Positions 9,456 to 20,249 of a stretch of 64,000 nucleotides of DNA are shown here, piece by piece. Position 1 is the first letter of the stretch. The number at the start of each line of letters is the position of its first letter. A program made the translations under genes and the position numbers. Under the pieces are notes generated by a model. It saw nothing but the letters and a program-made list of their open reading frames with translations. It searched no databases and was not told where the DNA came from. Source of the DNA: Pseudomonadota bacterium (lineage in GTDB: Bacteria > Myxococcota > JACRCW01 > JAFGSX01); assembly GCA_043821645.1 (NCBI GenBank), contig JBDRCO010000031.1:1-64000 (forward strand). The letters are read 5' to 3'.

Positions 9456-12400
9456 ATGGCACTGACCGTTCATCGCAGCAATCGCGCCGAGGTGCTGGCC
9501 GCGCACCTGGCCCACGAGATGGGTCAGCCCCTGCCCGGCGCCTGCACTCCCGAGCTGCTGGTGGTCGAGGGGCGAGGGCTGGAGCGCTGGCTGAGCCAGC
9601 AGGTGGCGCTGCGCAACGGCATCTGGGCCAACGTGCAGGTGCTGTTCCCCCGCGCCATGGTTGGCCGTGTGCTCGACCTGGTGCCCGCGCCCGACGACGA
9701 CCAGGTTTCGATCGCGCGCTTCGAGCCGGAACTCACACTGTGGGCTGTGGCCGACCTGCTGGTCGAGCTCCAGGACAGGCCCAGCTTCGCGCCACTGCGC
9801 AACTACCTGGCCGGGGCACTCCCCGGTTCGCCGCGCTGGCTGGAGCTGAGCGAGCGCCTGGCGCGCACCCTCGACGACTACGCGGTGTATCGACCGCGCT
9901 GGATACAGCACTGGGAACAGGGACAGCGCGTTCCCGACCATGCGGAGCAGCACGACTGGCAAGCCGAGCTGTGGCGCGCCCTGGTCGGCAGGCTGGGTCC
10001 GCACCATCCACCGCGGCGCGCGCGGGATTTCTTCTCGGCCCTGGCCACGGGCCGTCTCGATGTCGGCGCCCTGCCACCCCGGCTGCACCTTTTCGGCCTG
10101 ACCTCGCTGGCGCCGCTCTACCTGCGGGTGCTGGTGGCCCTGGCCGAGCACAGCACCGTGCATCTGTACCTGCTGAGTCCCTCCGAGGCGTACTGGAGCG
10201 ACATCCAGCGTCACCTGGGGTCGCACCTGCGCGAGTGGCGCGAGGGTGCTGCCGAGCTCGACCTGCACTACACCCTGGGTCACCCCTTGCTGGCCTCCCT
10301 GGGGCGGCAGGGTCGCGACATGCAGCGCCTGCTCGAAGCCCTGCCCGAGGCGGATGAGCTGGACGACTACCGCGCACCTGCGCCCTACCTCAGCAGTGGG
10401 CAGGACGGGGATGCTGGAGCCACGGAGGATTCCGCTGCGCCGCCCACGACCATGCTGCAGGTTGTGCAAGAGGACATGCGGCGCTTGCAGCTGCGTGCGG
10501 CTGCCGGGGCCGTGTCCGCAAGCGAGCAGCGCGTGGATCCACGTCCCCTGTTGCCCGGGGACCGCAGCATCACCATCCATTGCTGTCACAGCGCGCTGCG
10601 CGAGATCGAGGTGCTGCGCGACCAGCTGCTGGATCTGTTCGAGCATGACGACGCGCTGGTGCCGGCGGACATCGCGGTGCTCACCCCTGACATCGACGCC
10701 TACGCCCCGGCCATTGATGCGGTGTTCGGCGCGCCCGAGCTGGCGCGGCGACTGCGCTACACCGTGGCCGATCGCAGCGCTCGACACAGCCTCGATCTGG
10801 TCGACGGCCTGCTGCGGCTGATCGAACTCGGGCGAGGCCGCTTTGATGCGCCTGCCGTGTTCGACCTGCTGGCCAACCCGTCGCTGCGACGACGTCATGG
10901 AGTGCAGCCCGACGAGGTCGCGCGCATCGAGGGTTGGATCCGCGAGTCAGGAATTCGCTGGGGCATCGACGCCGAGCACCGGCGCAGCCTGGGCCACCCG
11001 GCGCTCGACGACAACACCTGGCGTGCGGGTCTGGACCGGTTGCTCCTGGGCTACGCCATGCCTGGCGAGGGTCGGGCTCTGTTTCAGGGGGTCCTTCCCT
11101 TCGACGACGTCGAGGGCAGTGACGCCGAGACCCTGGGCAAGTTCCTGGGCCTGTGGCAGCGCCTGCTCGCCTGGCACCGCCAGCTCTCCACCGCGCGTCC
11201 CGTGGCGCAGTGGGCAGCGCTCCTCAGCGGGGCGCTGGACGACTTCTTTGCCGTGGGCGACGAGCATGAGGCCGAGGCTGATCTGATACGCCATACCCTC
11301 GACGAGCTGGCGCAAAGGGCCGGGCAAGCGGGCTATGGACGCGAGGTCGAGCTCGAGGCCATCACCACCTTGCTCGAGCCGCTGGTCGAGCGCGGCCGGG
11401 TTGCCCAGGGTTTCTTGCGCGGTGCCATCACATTCTGTGGCACCGTGCCCATGCGCGCCATTCCCTTCAAGGTGCTGGCCCTGGTCGGCATGAACGACGA
11501 CAGCTTCCCCCGCCAGGACCGGCGGCCCGGCTTCGACCTGATGGCAAAGAAGCCCTTGCCTGGCGATCGCAGTCGGCGCGAGGACGACCGCTACCTGTTC
11601 CTCGAGGCCCTGCTGTCGGCGCGGCAATGGCTGATTCTCACCTACACCGGCCGCAGCGTGGCCGACAATGCAACGCGTCCGCCCTCGGTGGTGGTGAGCG
11701 AGCTGCTCGACGTGCTGTGCGACAGCTTTCGATTGCCCGACCTGAGCCACGAGGGTCAGGCTGTGGCTGCAGGCAGCCTGCGCATGAAGAACGCGCTGCG
11801 GCAGGTCCTGGTGCAGGAGCATGCCCTGCAACCCTTCAGTCCCCGCAACTTCGTCATGGCACCCGCGAGCGACGATCCGCGGCAGCACGCGGCGGACCAC
11901 ACCCCGAGGAGCCACGATGCGGCGGCGTGTCGGGGGGCCCGAGCCCTGCAGCAGCAGGCGGTGCCACGATCTGCCTTCGTGGATTCCCCGCTCCCTGCGC
12001 TGGACCTTGGCGAGCTGTCCCTCGACGAGCTGGCGCGCTTCTGCCGCGATCCCCTGGCCTGGTTCTTTACCCGCCGCCTGGGTCTGGAGCTGTCGGACCG
12101 GCAGGACAGCCTGGAGCCAGACGAGCCGCTCGACCTCGCGGGATTGTCTCGCTGGCAGGTGGGCTCGCAACTGCTCGCGCAGGCCCTCGAGGGTCAAGAC
12201 CTCGAGCTGTCCCGGCGGGTGCAGCGCGCGGCGGGCCAGCTCCCCCTGGGTGTGGTGGGAGACTGCGCGCTCGACGAGGTCGAGGCACAGGTTCGCGATC
12301 TGGTCCGTGCGGCGCGCCCGCTGTTGCAGGGTGCGCACCGTGACGTCGAGGTGGACCTTGCACTGGGTGCGACGCGCCTGACCGGCACGCTGCGGCAGGT

Positions 12401-12911
12401 GCGAGAGCAAGGCCTGGTGCAGGTCAGCTATTCTCGCGATGGCGGTGCCCAGGAGCTGGCGCTGTGGTTGCGTCACCTGGTGCTGTGCGCCTGTTCCCCC
12501 GAGGCCCGCCATTCCACGTTGCTGTGCCGAGGCGAGAAGGCCGGCAGTGGACCGGTGCAGCGGATCTTCTCGAGGCCAGAGGATCCGGGCGCGATCCTGA
12601 CGTCGCTGGTCGAGCTGTGCAGCCTGGGCTCTTGCCTGCCACTGCCGCTGTTCAAGCAGGCCTCGTGGACCTATGCGCGGGTCCTGGTGGAGGCGAAGAA
12701 CGAGGAGGATCCAGCCTATGCCCTGTCCAAGGCGCGCGAGGTGTTCGAGGGCGGCTTCCACCTCGACGCCGAGGCCGACGACCCGCAGGTACGTCAGGCC
12801 TTCGCGCACTGTGATCCACTGCTGCAGCGCATCGAGATCGACGGGCACAGCCTGGGCTTCGCAGACCTGGCGCTGCGGCTGTACAGGCCCTTGCTCAGGC
12901 ACAGGGGGTAA
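9456..12911 (+). CDS. recC: Exodeoxyribonuclease V gamma subunit
   Basis: HRSNR start, HPLLASLG, CHS-x-LREIEVLRD, IRWG, PMRAIPFKV, GDRSRREDDRYLFLEAL, HALQPFS. Confidence 0.95.
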   Translation: MALTVHRSNRAEVLAAHLAHEMGQPLPGACTPELLVVEGRGLERWLSQQVALRNGIWANVQVLFPRAMVGRVLDLVPAPDDDQVSIARFEPELTLWAVADLLVELQDRPSFAPLRNYLAGALPGSPRWLELSERLARTLDDYAVYRPRWIQHWEQGQRVPDHAEQHDWQAELWRALVGRLGPHHPPRRARDFFSALATGRLDVGALPPRLHLFGLTSLAPLYLRVLVALAEHSTVHLYLLSPSEAYWSDIQRHLGSHLREWREGAAELDLHYTLGHPLLASLGRQGRDMQRLLEALPEADELDDYRAPAPYLSSGQDGDAGATEDSAAPPTTMLQVVQEDMRRLQLRAAAGAVSASEQRVDPRPLLPGDRSITIHCCHSALREIEVLRDQLLDLFEHDDALVPADIAVLTPDIDAYAPAIDAVFGAPELARRLRYTVADRSARHSLDLVDGLLRLIELGRGRFDAPAVFDLLANPSLRRRHGVQPDEVARIEGWIRESGIRWGIDAEHRRSLGHPALDDNTWRAGLDRLLLGYAMPGEGRALFQGVLPFDDVEGSDAETLGKFLGLWQRLLAWHRQLSTARPVAQWAALLSGALDDFFAVGDEHEAEADLIRHTLDELAQRAGQAGYGREVELEAITTLLEPLVERGRVAQGFLRGAITFCGTVPMRAIPFKVLALVGMNDDSFPRQDRRPGFDLMAKKPLPGDRSRREDDRYLFLEALLSARQWLILTYTGRSVADNATRPPSVVVSELLDVLCDSFRLPDLSHEGQAVAAGSLRMKNALRQVLVQEHALQPFSPRNFVMAPASDDPRQHAADHTPRSHDAAACRGARALQQQAVPRSAFVDSPLPALDLGELSLDELARFCRDPLAWFFTRRLGLELSDRQDSLEPDEPLDLAGLSRWQVGSQLLAQALEGQDLELSRRVQRAAGQLPLGVVGDCALDEVEAQVRDLVRAARPLLQGAHRDVEVDLALGATRLTGTLRQVREQGLVQVSYSRDGGAQELALWLRHLVLCACSPEARHSTLLCRGEKAGSGPVQRIFSRPEDPGAILTSLVELCSLGSCLPLPLFKQASWTYARVLVEAKNEEDPAYALSKAREVFEGGFHLDAEADDPQVRQAFAHCDPLLQRIEIDGHSLGFADLALRLYRPLLRHRG

Positions 12912-12916
12912 GGCCG

Positions 12917-15900
12917 GTGCAGACCTTCGATCCCCTCGCCGTAAACCTGTCCTGCGTCAACCTCATCGAGGCCAGCGCGGGCACTGGCAAGACCCACAGC
13001 ATCGCCACCCTGTTCGTGCGTCTGTTGCTCGAGAAAGATCTGCGCATCGACCAGATCCTCGTCGTCACCTTCACCCGCGCTGCCACCTCGGAGCTGCGCG
13101 ACCGTCTGCGCGCGCGCCTGAGCCTGGTGCGCGAGGCCCTTTTAGGAAGTGAGCTCGAGGACGACCCCAGTCTGCGCGACTACCTGGCGCAGCGGCTGGC
13201 GGTGGGGCAGGGGCCCAGAGACCTGCGCTGTGTCGAGGAGGCCCTGCGCGCCTTCGACACGGCAGCCATCCACACCATCCACGGTTTTTGCCAGCGCGTG
13301 CTGCAGGAGAATGCCTTCGAAAGCGGCGTGCGCTTCGACGCCACCTTGCAGGAGGACGACGCCCTGCTGGGCGCGCTGGTCCACGAACACTGGGCGCAAC
13401 GCCTGTATGGCAGCTCGCCGCTCCTGGTGCGTTATCTGCACGAGCAGGGGACGGAATTCGGGACCTTGCAGGCCCTGGCCAGGCTGGTCTCGACCCACCG
13501 CGATGCGCAGGTGCGGCCCGAGGCTGCCACGGTCGACCTCGACCTCGAACCCGTGGCTGCGGCCTGGCGCCAGGCTCGTGACGCGGCGCAGGCGATCTGG
13601 AGTGCGCAGCGCGAGGCCATCGTGGCTGTCCTGTGCCAGCCCGGTGTGCTCCATGCAGGGAGCTACAAGCCCGAACGCATCACCGCGAAGTGGGTGCCCT
13701 GGCTGGATCAGGCGCTGCGTGTGGACAGCCCCGCGAGCCTGATCGACGCCGACGACGCCACGGTCCTGCAGCGCTGCACGCCGCCGGTTCTTCTATCCAG
13801 GACGAACAAGAAGTTCAAGCACAGCCCGCCCCGGCACCCCTTCTTCGATGCCTGCCAGACCCTGGTGGAGCGCAGCCGCGAGCTGCTGGCCGGGCTCGAG
13901 GAACTGCGCCTGGGTGTGCTCAGGGAGCTGGCCGCACGGGTGCGCGACGAGTTGCCCGGACGCAAGGACGCGCAGGGTCTGCTGGCCTTCGACGATTTGG
14001 TGTACCAGCTGCGGCAAGCGCTGCGGCGGCCCGACGACAGCCTGGCGGCGCGTATCCGCGAACGCTACCGGGTGGCGCTCATCGACGAGTTTCAGGACAC
14101 GGATGCGGTGCAGTACGAGGTCTTTGACAGGGTCTGGGCGGGTCACGGTGGGCTGTTCCTGATCGGCGATCCCAAGCAGGCCATCTACTCGTTTCGCGGC
14201 GCGGACGTGTTCGCCTACCTCGAGGCTGTGCAGCGTGCCGATGCTCGTTCGACCCTGCCCACCAATCATCGCAGCGATCAGGGTCTGGTGCAGGCGGTCA
14301 ACAACCTGTTTGCCGTGGGCGCGCGGCCCTTCGTGTTCGAGCAGATCCCCTTCGCGCCGGTGCAGGCGCGACACGGCTGCCGCGTGCGTGGCCCTGCCGA
14401 GCGCTGCGCCCCCTTCGAGTTCCTGCTCGCCGCCCCCGAGTCGGACAAAGCCATTGGCAAGGGCCGTGCCCTGCGTGGTCTGGCGCGCACCGTGGCAGCG
14501 GACATCGTGGCTCTGCTCGACGGTGCCGTGCAGATCGCGGACCGCGCCGGTGATTTCGCTGCGCTTCGCCCCGGGCAGGTGGCGGTGCTGAGCCGCACCC
14601 ATCGCCAGGCCCAGGCCGTGCAGGATGCACTGCGCGAAGCGGGCCTGCCGAGCGTGCTGCAGAGCGCGGCCAGCGTGTTCGACACCGCCGAGGCACTGGA
14701 CCTCGAGCGGGTGCTGCACGCCCTGGCTGATCCTGGCGACCGGCGCGCCCTGCGCTCGGCCCTGGCCACGCGCATCCTGGGCGAGAACTCGAGCAGCCTG
14801 CTGGCTCTGGCGGACGACGTGCCTGCCTGGACGGCGCAGGTCACGCGAGTCCAGGCCCTGGCCGATGTGTGGCGGCGGCGCGGAGTGCTGGCCTGCTTGC
14901 GCAGTGTCACGGAGCAGGTCGAACTCATGGCTCGCTGGCTGTCCGAGGTGGGGGGGCGAGCGGCGCCTGACCAACCTCCTGCACCTCGGCGAGCTTCTGC
15001 AACAGGCCGCGGTGGACAGGCACCTGGGACCGGCGGCGCTGGTGCAGTGGCTGCACCGCATGCGTCACGACCAGGCCGCCCGCAGCGAGGAGGTCGGTGA
15101 CAGTGCGCAGCTGCGCCTGGAGACTGACGACGAGGCGGTGCAGCTGGTGACCGTGCACCGCAGCAAGGGCCTGCAGTACGACGTGGTGTACGCGCCCTAC
15201 CTGTGGGACGGCAAGCTGCTGCGCGACAGCACACCGTGGTGGCTGTACCACGACGGGAGCCAGCCTGGTCAGCTCGTCATCGATCTGAACAAGGGTGGGG
15301 ATGGCGAGACGCGAGCCGAAGTCGAGGCCCTGGCCGAGTCGCTGCGGCTGTTCTACGTGGCGGTCACCCGCGCGCGCCACCTGTGTCGCTGCGTGTGGGG
15401 TGTGTTCAACGAGGCTGCCACCTCGCCCCTGTCCTACCTGCTGCATGGTGGTGCCGGAGCCGGCGATATCGCTGCCTGGATGGCCGCCGCTCACGCGGAG
15501 TTCAAGAGCCTGGCCAGCGCTCCCGAGCAACTGCGGGCTCCCCTCGACCGCCTGGTCGCAGCGAGCCAGGGCAGCATCGCCGTGCGCGCCATCCGTCTCG
15601 ATCAGGCGGCGCAGCGCTCGGTGTGCCAGGCACAGGATGTGCGGGATCTACAGCCCGCGATCCTGACCCGGGATCCGCCACGGGGCCACAGCGTGAGCAG
15701 CTACTCCTCGCTCGTCGCCAGCAGCGAGCGCGTGACAGAGGATGAGGCGGACCGCGACCGCGCGCCCGTCGTCGAGCGCGGGCCTGTGGCGCTAGACTCC
15801 AGCACGCGCATTGCGCTCCACGATCTGGCTGGTGGTGCCGGGCTGGGCCGCGCTGTGCACGCAGTGCTGGAGCACAGCAACCTGGCGCTGGCCACGGCGC

Positions 15901-16625
15901 CCGAATTGCGCGCCACCCTGGATCGTGCGCTCGGGGTGGACAGAGCCTTCGATGCGCCGAGCCGCGAGCGCCTTGCCGACGCTCTGCTGGTGCTGCTCGA
16001 GCGCCCGCTGGACGCGGTCGCGCCTGGCTTCTGCCTGCGCCAGATCGCACCCGAACGCTCGCTGGTGGAGCTTCCCTTCCAGCTCACCATCGCACCCCAG
16101 GTCTTCACCTCGCCGCGCTCGACCGTGGGGGTGACGACGGAGCAGCTGGCGTGCTTGTTCGAGGACCGCGCGAATGACGTACTGGGACGGCGCTACGGGG
16201 CCCTGCTGCGCCAGACCGGCATCCGTGCTCCCGCAGGCTACCTGGGAGGGTTTGTGGACCTGGTGTTCGAGCACGGGGGGCGCTGGTACGTCGTCGACTA
16301 CAAGACCAACTTTTTGGGCCCGCGAGTGGCAGACTACGACCCTGTCCACCTCGACGAGGCCATGCTCGAGCACCACTACGTGCTGCAGTACCACCTGTAC
16401 ACCCTGGCCCTGCATCGTTACCTGCGCTGGCGGCGGAACTCCGGTCAGCCCGACCTCGCGTCCTACAGCTATGCCCGGCACTTCGGTGGCGTGCTGTACC
16501 TGTTCGTGCGCGGCATGTGCGAGGGCGCTCCAGAGGGCTGCGGCGTGTTCTTCGACCGGCCAGCAGACGCCCTCATCGAGGATCTCGACCAGGTTTTCGA
16601 AGGCTGTGCGGAGGTCCGCGCATGA
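12917..16625 (+). pseudogene. recB: Exodeoxyribonuclease V beta subunit, split by a +1 frameshift at G7 (14950-14956); may be a sequencing error
   Basis: The 5' frame has EASAGTGKT, VTFT-x-AA, TIHGFC, DEFQDTD and IGDPKQAIYSFRGAD. The 3' frame has VTVHRSKGLQY, LFYVAVTRA and the nuclease motif GFVDL...DYKTN. Removing one G joins them as EVGGERRLTN. Confidence 0.92.
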
Positions 16626-18490
16626 GCCGGCGCCCGCGCCAGGACCCTGCAGAGCGCGCGTCCAGCCAGGTCGATGCGCACCTGGCGGCGCTGCTGGTCA
16701 GGCTCGGTCACGTGCAGCACCCGGACCTGCACCAGGTCATCACCGTGCTGTGTCAGCGCGTGCGCCAGGGCGACGTGTGTGTGGACCTCGCCGACCTCGC
16801 TGCGGAGCCTGTGGGTCTTGCCAGCGACGAGGAAAGCCCGGCGCCGACGTGGCAGGATCTGCCCGGCCTGAGGGTGCTGCTTCGAAGCAGCACGCTGGTG
16901 GGTGAGGGTCATCCGCCCACCCCTCTGGTGCTGGACGACCATGGCCGTCTTTACCTGTACCGCTACTGGAAGCACGAGCAGCGAATCGTGGCTGCGCTCG
17001 AGCGACTGGCACGCCAGCCCAAATCCGCGGTTGACGCGGCATGGCTGCACGCAGCCCTCGGGCGCCTTTTTCCGTCGTCACTGCCCGAGAATGAGCCGGA
17101 TTGGCAGAAGGTGGCAGGGGCCGTGGCCATGCTGCGCTCGCTGTGCGTGATCACGGGTGGGCCTGGCACGGGCAAGACCTACACCGTGACCAAGATCCTG
17201 GCATTGCTGGTCGAGCAGGCCCTGACCACGGGCCACAGGCCACCGCGCATGGCCTTGCTGGCGCCCACGGGCAAGGCGGCGCATCGCCTGCTCGAGTCCG
17301 TCCGTTCAGCCCGGGGATCGCTCGCATGTGACGACGCCGTCCGAGCCTGCATCCCGGACCAGGCCTTCACCATTCACCGCGCGCTGGGCGCCATGCCCGG
17401 ACAGCACACCCATTTCAGGCATGGCGAGGACAACCCGCTGCCCGTAGATGTGGTGCTGGTGGACGAGGCCTCCATGGTGGACGTGGGTCTGATGTCGCGG
17501 CTGCTCGGGGCTCTGCGGCCAGGTGCTCGGTTGATCCTGCTGGGTGATCGCGATCAGCTGGCCTCGGTCGAGGCTGGAGCGGTGCTCGGTGACCTGTGCA
17601 ACAGCGGTCAGCCGCTGGGGACAACGCCCGCGTTGCGGACCTCCCTGCGCGAGAGCGCAGGTCTGTCCCTTCCTGACGACGAGAAGCAGGCCGCGCGCTC
17701 GAGCGTGGGCGATGGCATCGTGACCCTGCGCCACAGCTATCGCCACGCCGGCCAGGCTGCGCTGGGTGAACTCGCAGCGGTCATCAATGCCCAGCGTGCT
17801 GACGAGCTGCTGGCAGGTCTCCACGACCAGCGCTGGCCCGCAGTCACCTGGATGCGGGCCTCGCCAGCCGAGCCCGTTCCTCAAGCCGTGTTCGAGCTGG
17901 CGCAGCAACGCTACACGGCCATCCGCGAGGCCGGTGACGCGGCGACGGCTTTGCAGGCCCTTAGCCGTTTTCGCATCCTGGGCGCGCACCGGCGAGGTGC
18001 CGCCGGGGTCGAGCAGCTCAATCGGTGTCTGGAGCACCTGCTCCTCGACGCAACGGCTGGGCGCGGATCGCTGGACCTGCCGGGTCGCCCGCTGCTGGTG
18101 ACGCGCAACGACTACGGGGTGCAGCTGTACAATGGCGACGTGGGTCTGCTGTGGCCGGACGACTCTGGTGTGCTGCGGGCGATGTTCGAGGGGGGCGACT
18201 CCGGTGCGCTGCGCGCCCTGGCCCCGTCGTGGTTGCCGGCTCACGAGACGGTGTACGCCATGACCGTCCACAAGAGCCAGGGCTCGGAGTTCGACGAGGT
18301 CGCGGTGGTGCTACCGCCCGAGGCCTCGCCCGTGCTCACGGTCGAGCTGCTCTACACCGCGGTGACCCGGGCCCGCAGCGCCGTGATCCTGGTCGCCAGC
18401 GAGGAGATCCTGCGCCACACCCTTGGGCGCCGCGTGCGCCGCCGCTCCGGACTGCGGGACGCGCTGTGGTCCGTGCCCCGACAGGCGTGA
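16622..18490 (+). CDS. recD: Exodeoxyribonuclease V alpha subunit
   Basis: ITGGPGTGKT, APTGKAA, TIHR, VDEASMVD, GDRDQLASVEAG, YAMTVHKSQGSEF, LYTAVTRA. ATGA overlap with the recB stop. Confidence 0.95.
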   Translation: MSRRPRQDPAERASSQVDAHLAALLVRLGHVQHPDLHQVITVLCQRVRQGDVCVDLADLAAEPVGLASDEESPAPTWQDLPGLRVLLRSSTLVGEGHPPTPLVLDDHGRLYLYRYWKHEQRIVAALERLARQPKSAVDAAWLHAALGRLFPSSLPENEPDWQKVAGAVAMLRSLCVITGGPGTGKTYTVTKILALLVEQALTTGHRPPRMALLAPTGKAAHRLLESVRSARGSLACDDAVRACIPDQAFTIHRALGAMPGQHTHFRHGEDNPLPVDVVLVDEASMVDVGLMSRLLGALRPGARLILLGDRDQLASVEAGAVLGDLCNSGQPLGTTPALRTSLRESAGLSLPDDEKQAARSSVGDGIVTLRHSYRHAGQAALGELAAVINAQRADELLAGLHDQRWPAVTWMRASPAEPVPQAVFELAQQRYTAIREAGDAATALQALSRFRILGAHRRGAAGVEQLNRCLEHLLLDATAGRGSLDLPGRPLLVTRNDYGVQLYNGDVGLLWPDDSGVLRAMFEGGDSGALRALAPSWLPAHETVYAMTVHKSQGSEFDEVAVVLPPEASPVLTVELLYTAVTRARSAVILVASEEILRHTLGRRVRRRSGLRDALWSVPRQA

Positions 18491-18573
18491 CCGCTGCATT
18501 CGCGTTGTCTATGATGCGAGCCCGCTGCCGGGGAACCATCTCCCGCTGTGGCCCCGCAACGAGGAGGATTCCC

Positions 18574-19560
18574 ATGTCCAAGGTCTTCGACACCCTGTTG
18601 CTGCTCGCGCTGCCAGCTTCTGGCAAGAGTGAGGTCCGCACTTTTTTGACCGCGCGCAACCCGCAGGCTTTCCATATGGGGCCCACGGTACAGCTTGACG
18701 ATTATCCCTACGTGCACCTGCAACTGCTGCTCGACGAGGCATTGCAGGCCCAGGGACTGCCCCGCGCCTATCACCATCTGGATCCTGAGGGGCAGCGCAA
18801 TGGACCCTTCATGGAACCCCGCGAGCTGGGTGCCCTGGTCGAACTGCTCAACGATGACTACCAGGAGATCCTCGACAAAAAGGCCTCCCAGGCGGCGGAT
18901 CCTGCGTACGACCTGCTGCGGCGCCTCGACGATGCCAGCGAGAGGGTCGGAGCCAGCCGCAAGTTCAACCGCCTGTCGCCGCCAGCGCTCGAGAAATTGC
19001 GCGTCGCCATCGCCGACGAGGCGCAGGCACTCTACGCCGACAAGCGCCGGCAGATCGAGAGCATGGTCCCGGGTCGAACCGTGGTCATCGAGTTCGCACG
19101 CGGTGGTCCTGTCGTCGACAAGATGCCGCTGCCCGAGGGCTATGGCTACCAGGGGACCCTGCGCCACCTGAGTCCACAGCTGCTTGGCCGCTCCTGCGTG
19201 CTGTACATCCGGGTGGATCCCGAGGAGAGCCGACGCAAGAACCGCGCGCGCGCCAGACCTGACGGCCACGGCTCCATCCTGTTCCACGGCACTCCGGAGT
19301 CGGTGATGAACCAGGAGTACGGAGCCTGTGACATGATGTACCTCGTCGAGCAGAGCGATCGCCCGGGCACCCTTCGCGTCGGGCGCGACGGCCAGGTCTT
19401 TCACCTGCCCGTGGCCGTGTTCGACAACCGGACCGATCTCACCACCTTTGCCCGCAAACCCGAGGCGGAGTGGACCGACGCCGAGGTGCACGCCATCGAG
19501 GGTGGGCTGAGGCAGGCCTGTGACCAGCTGTGGGCCTCCTGGAAGCAGGGGAGGGAGTGA
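18574..19560 (+). CDS. Uncharacterised P-loop NTPase-like protein
   Basis: GAGGAGG RBS, LLALPASGKS (Walker A-like), VVIEFARG, and R-x-x-N-x-x-R lid-like segment. Confidence 0.65.
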   Translation: MSKVFDTLLLLALPASGKSEVRTFLTARNPQAFHMGPTVQLDDYPYVHLQLLLDEALQAQGLPRAYHHLDPEGQRNGPFMEPRELGALVELLNDDYQEILDKKASQAADPAYDLLRRLDDASERVGASRKFNRLSPPALEKLRVAIADEAQALYADKRRQIESMVPGRTVVIEFARGGPVVDKMPLPEGYGYQGTLRHLSPQLLGRSCVLYIRVDPEESRRKNRARARPDGHGSILFHGTPESVMNQEYGACDMMYLVEQSDRPGTLRVGRDGQVFHLPVAVFDNRTDLTTFARKPEAEWTDAEVHAIEGGLRQACDQLWASWKQGRE

Positions 19561-20249
19561 TGCGTTCGCGTGCCCTGCTCGCGACCACGATGCTGCTGCT
19601 CGTGGCCTGCGCTTCCACCCCACGCTCCGACGCTGCGCCGGCACCCGAGAGCCGCTTCAGCGACGAGGAGAGGCAGAAGATCCTGGCAGGATCCGCAGAC
19701 CAGCCCATGGCGCTGGTCACCAACGACAGCTTCGAGGGCGACCAGTTCCTGCGTCAGAAGGCGCGGATCATCGACCCACTGGATCCGGATCTGCCGCACC
19801 TGCTGTCGCGTATGCGTGCCACCGTGGAGCAGGAAAAGGGCGTGGGCATCGCAGCACCCCAGGTCGGCATCTCGCGCCGTATCGTGTGGGTCCAGCGACT
19901 CGACCGCGAGCCCGGAAAGCCTTTCGAGAGCTACCTGAACCCGCGCATCGGCGCGATGTCCGACGACACCGTGGTCGACTGGGAAGGTTGTCTGTCCGTC
20001 CCCGCGGGCTTTGGCCAGGTGCGGCGCCCGGCGGCCATCGAGCTGACGTCCGCGACGTCAGACAGCGCAACCTGGGAGACCGTGACGGGCTTCACCGCGC
20101 GCATCTTCCAGCACGAGATCGACCACCTCGACGGCACTCTGTTCATCGATCGCAAGGAGTCGGGTGAGCTGATGCTCGAGAAGGAATATCGCGAGATGCG
20201 AGCGCGCGAGAAGGCCGCCTCGCAGCCTGCCTGTACGCCAGCTTCCTGA
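19560..20249 (+). CDS. def: Peptide deformylase with N-terminal lipoprotein signal
   Basis: GVGIAAPQVG, EGCLS and QHEIDHL are the three PDF motifs. The N-terminus is MRSRALLATTMLLLVAC. TGATG overlap with the upstream gene. Confidence 0.9.
   Translation: MRSRALLATTMLLLVACASTPRSDAAPAPESRFSDEERQKILAGSADQPMALVTNDSFEGDQFLRQKARIIDPLDPDLPHLLSRMRATVEQEKGVGIAAPQVGISRRIVWVQRLDREPGKPFESYLNPRIGAMSDDTVVDWEGCLSVPAGFGQVRRPAAIELTSATSDSATWETVTGFTARIFQHEIDHLDGTLFIDRKESGELMLEKEYREMRAREKAASQPACTPAS

Noticed and set aside
9363-10898. 512-aa N-terminal extension on AmpG
   Set aside because: Antisense shadow of recC, and AmpG motifs begin only after 9362.
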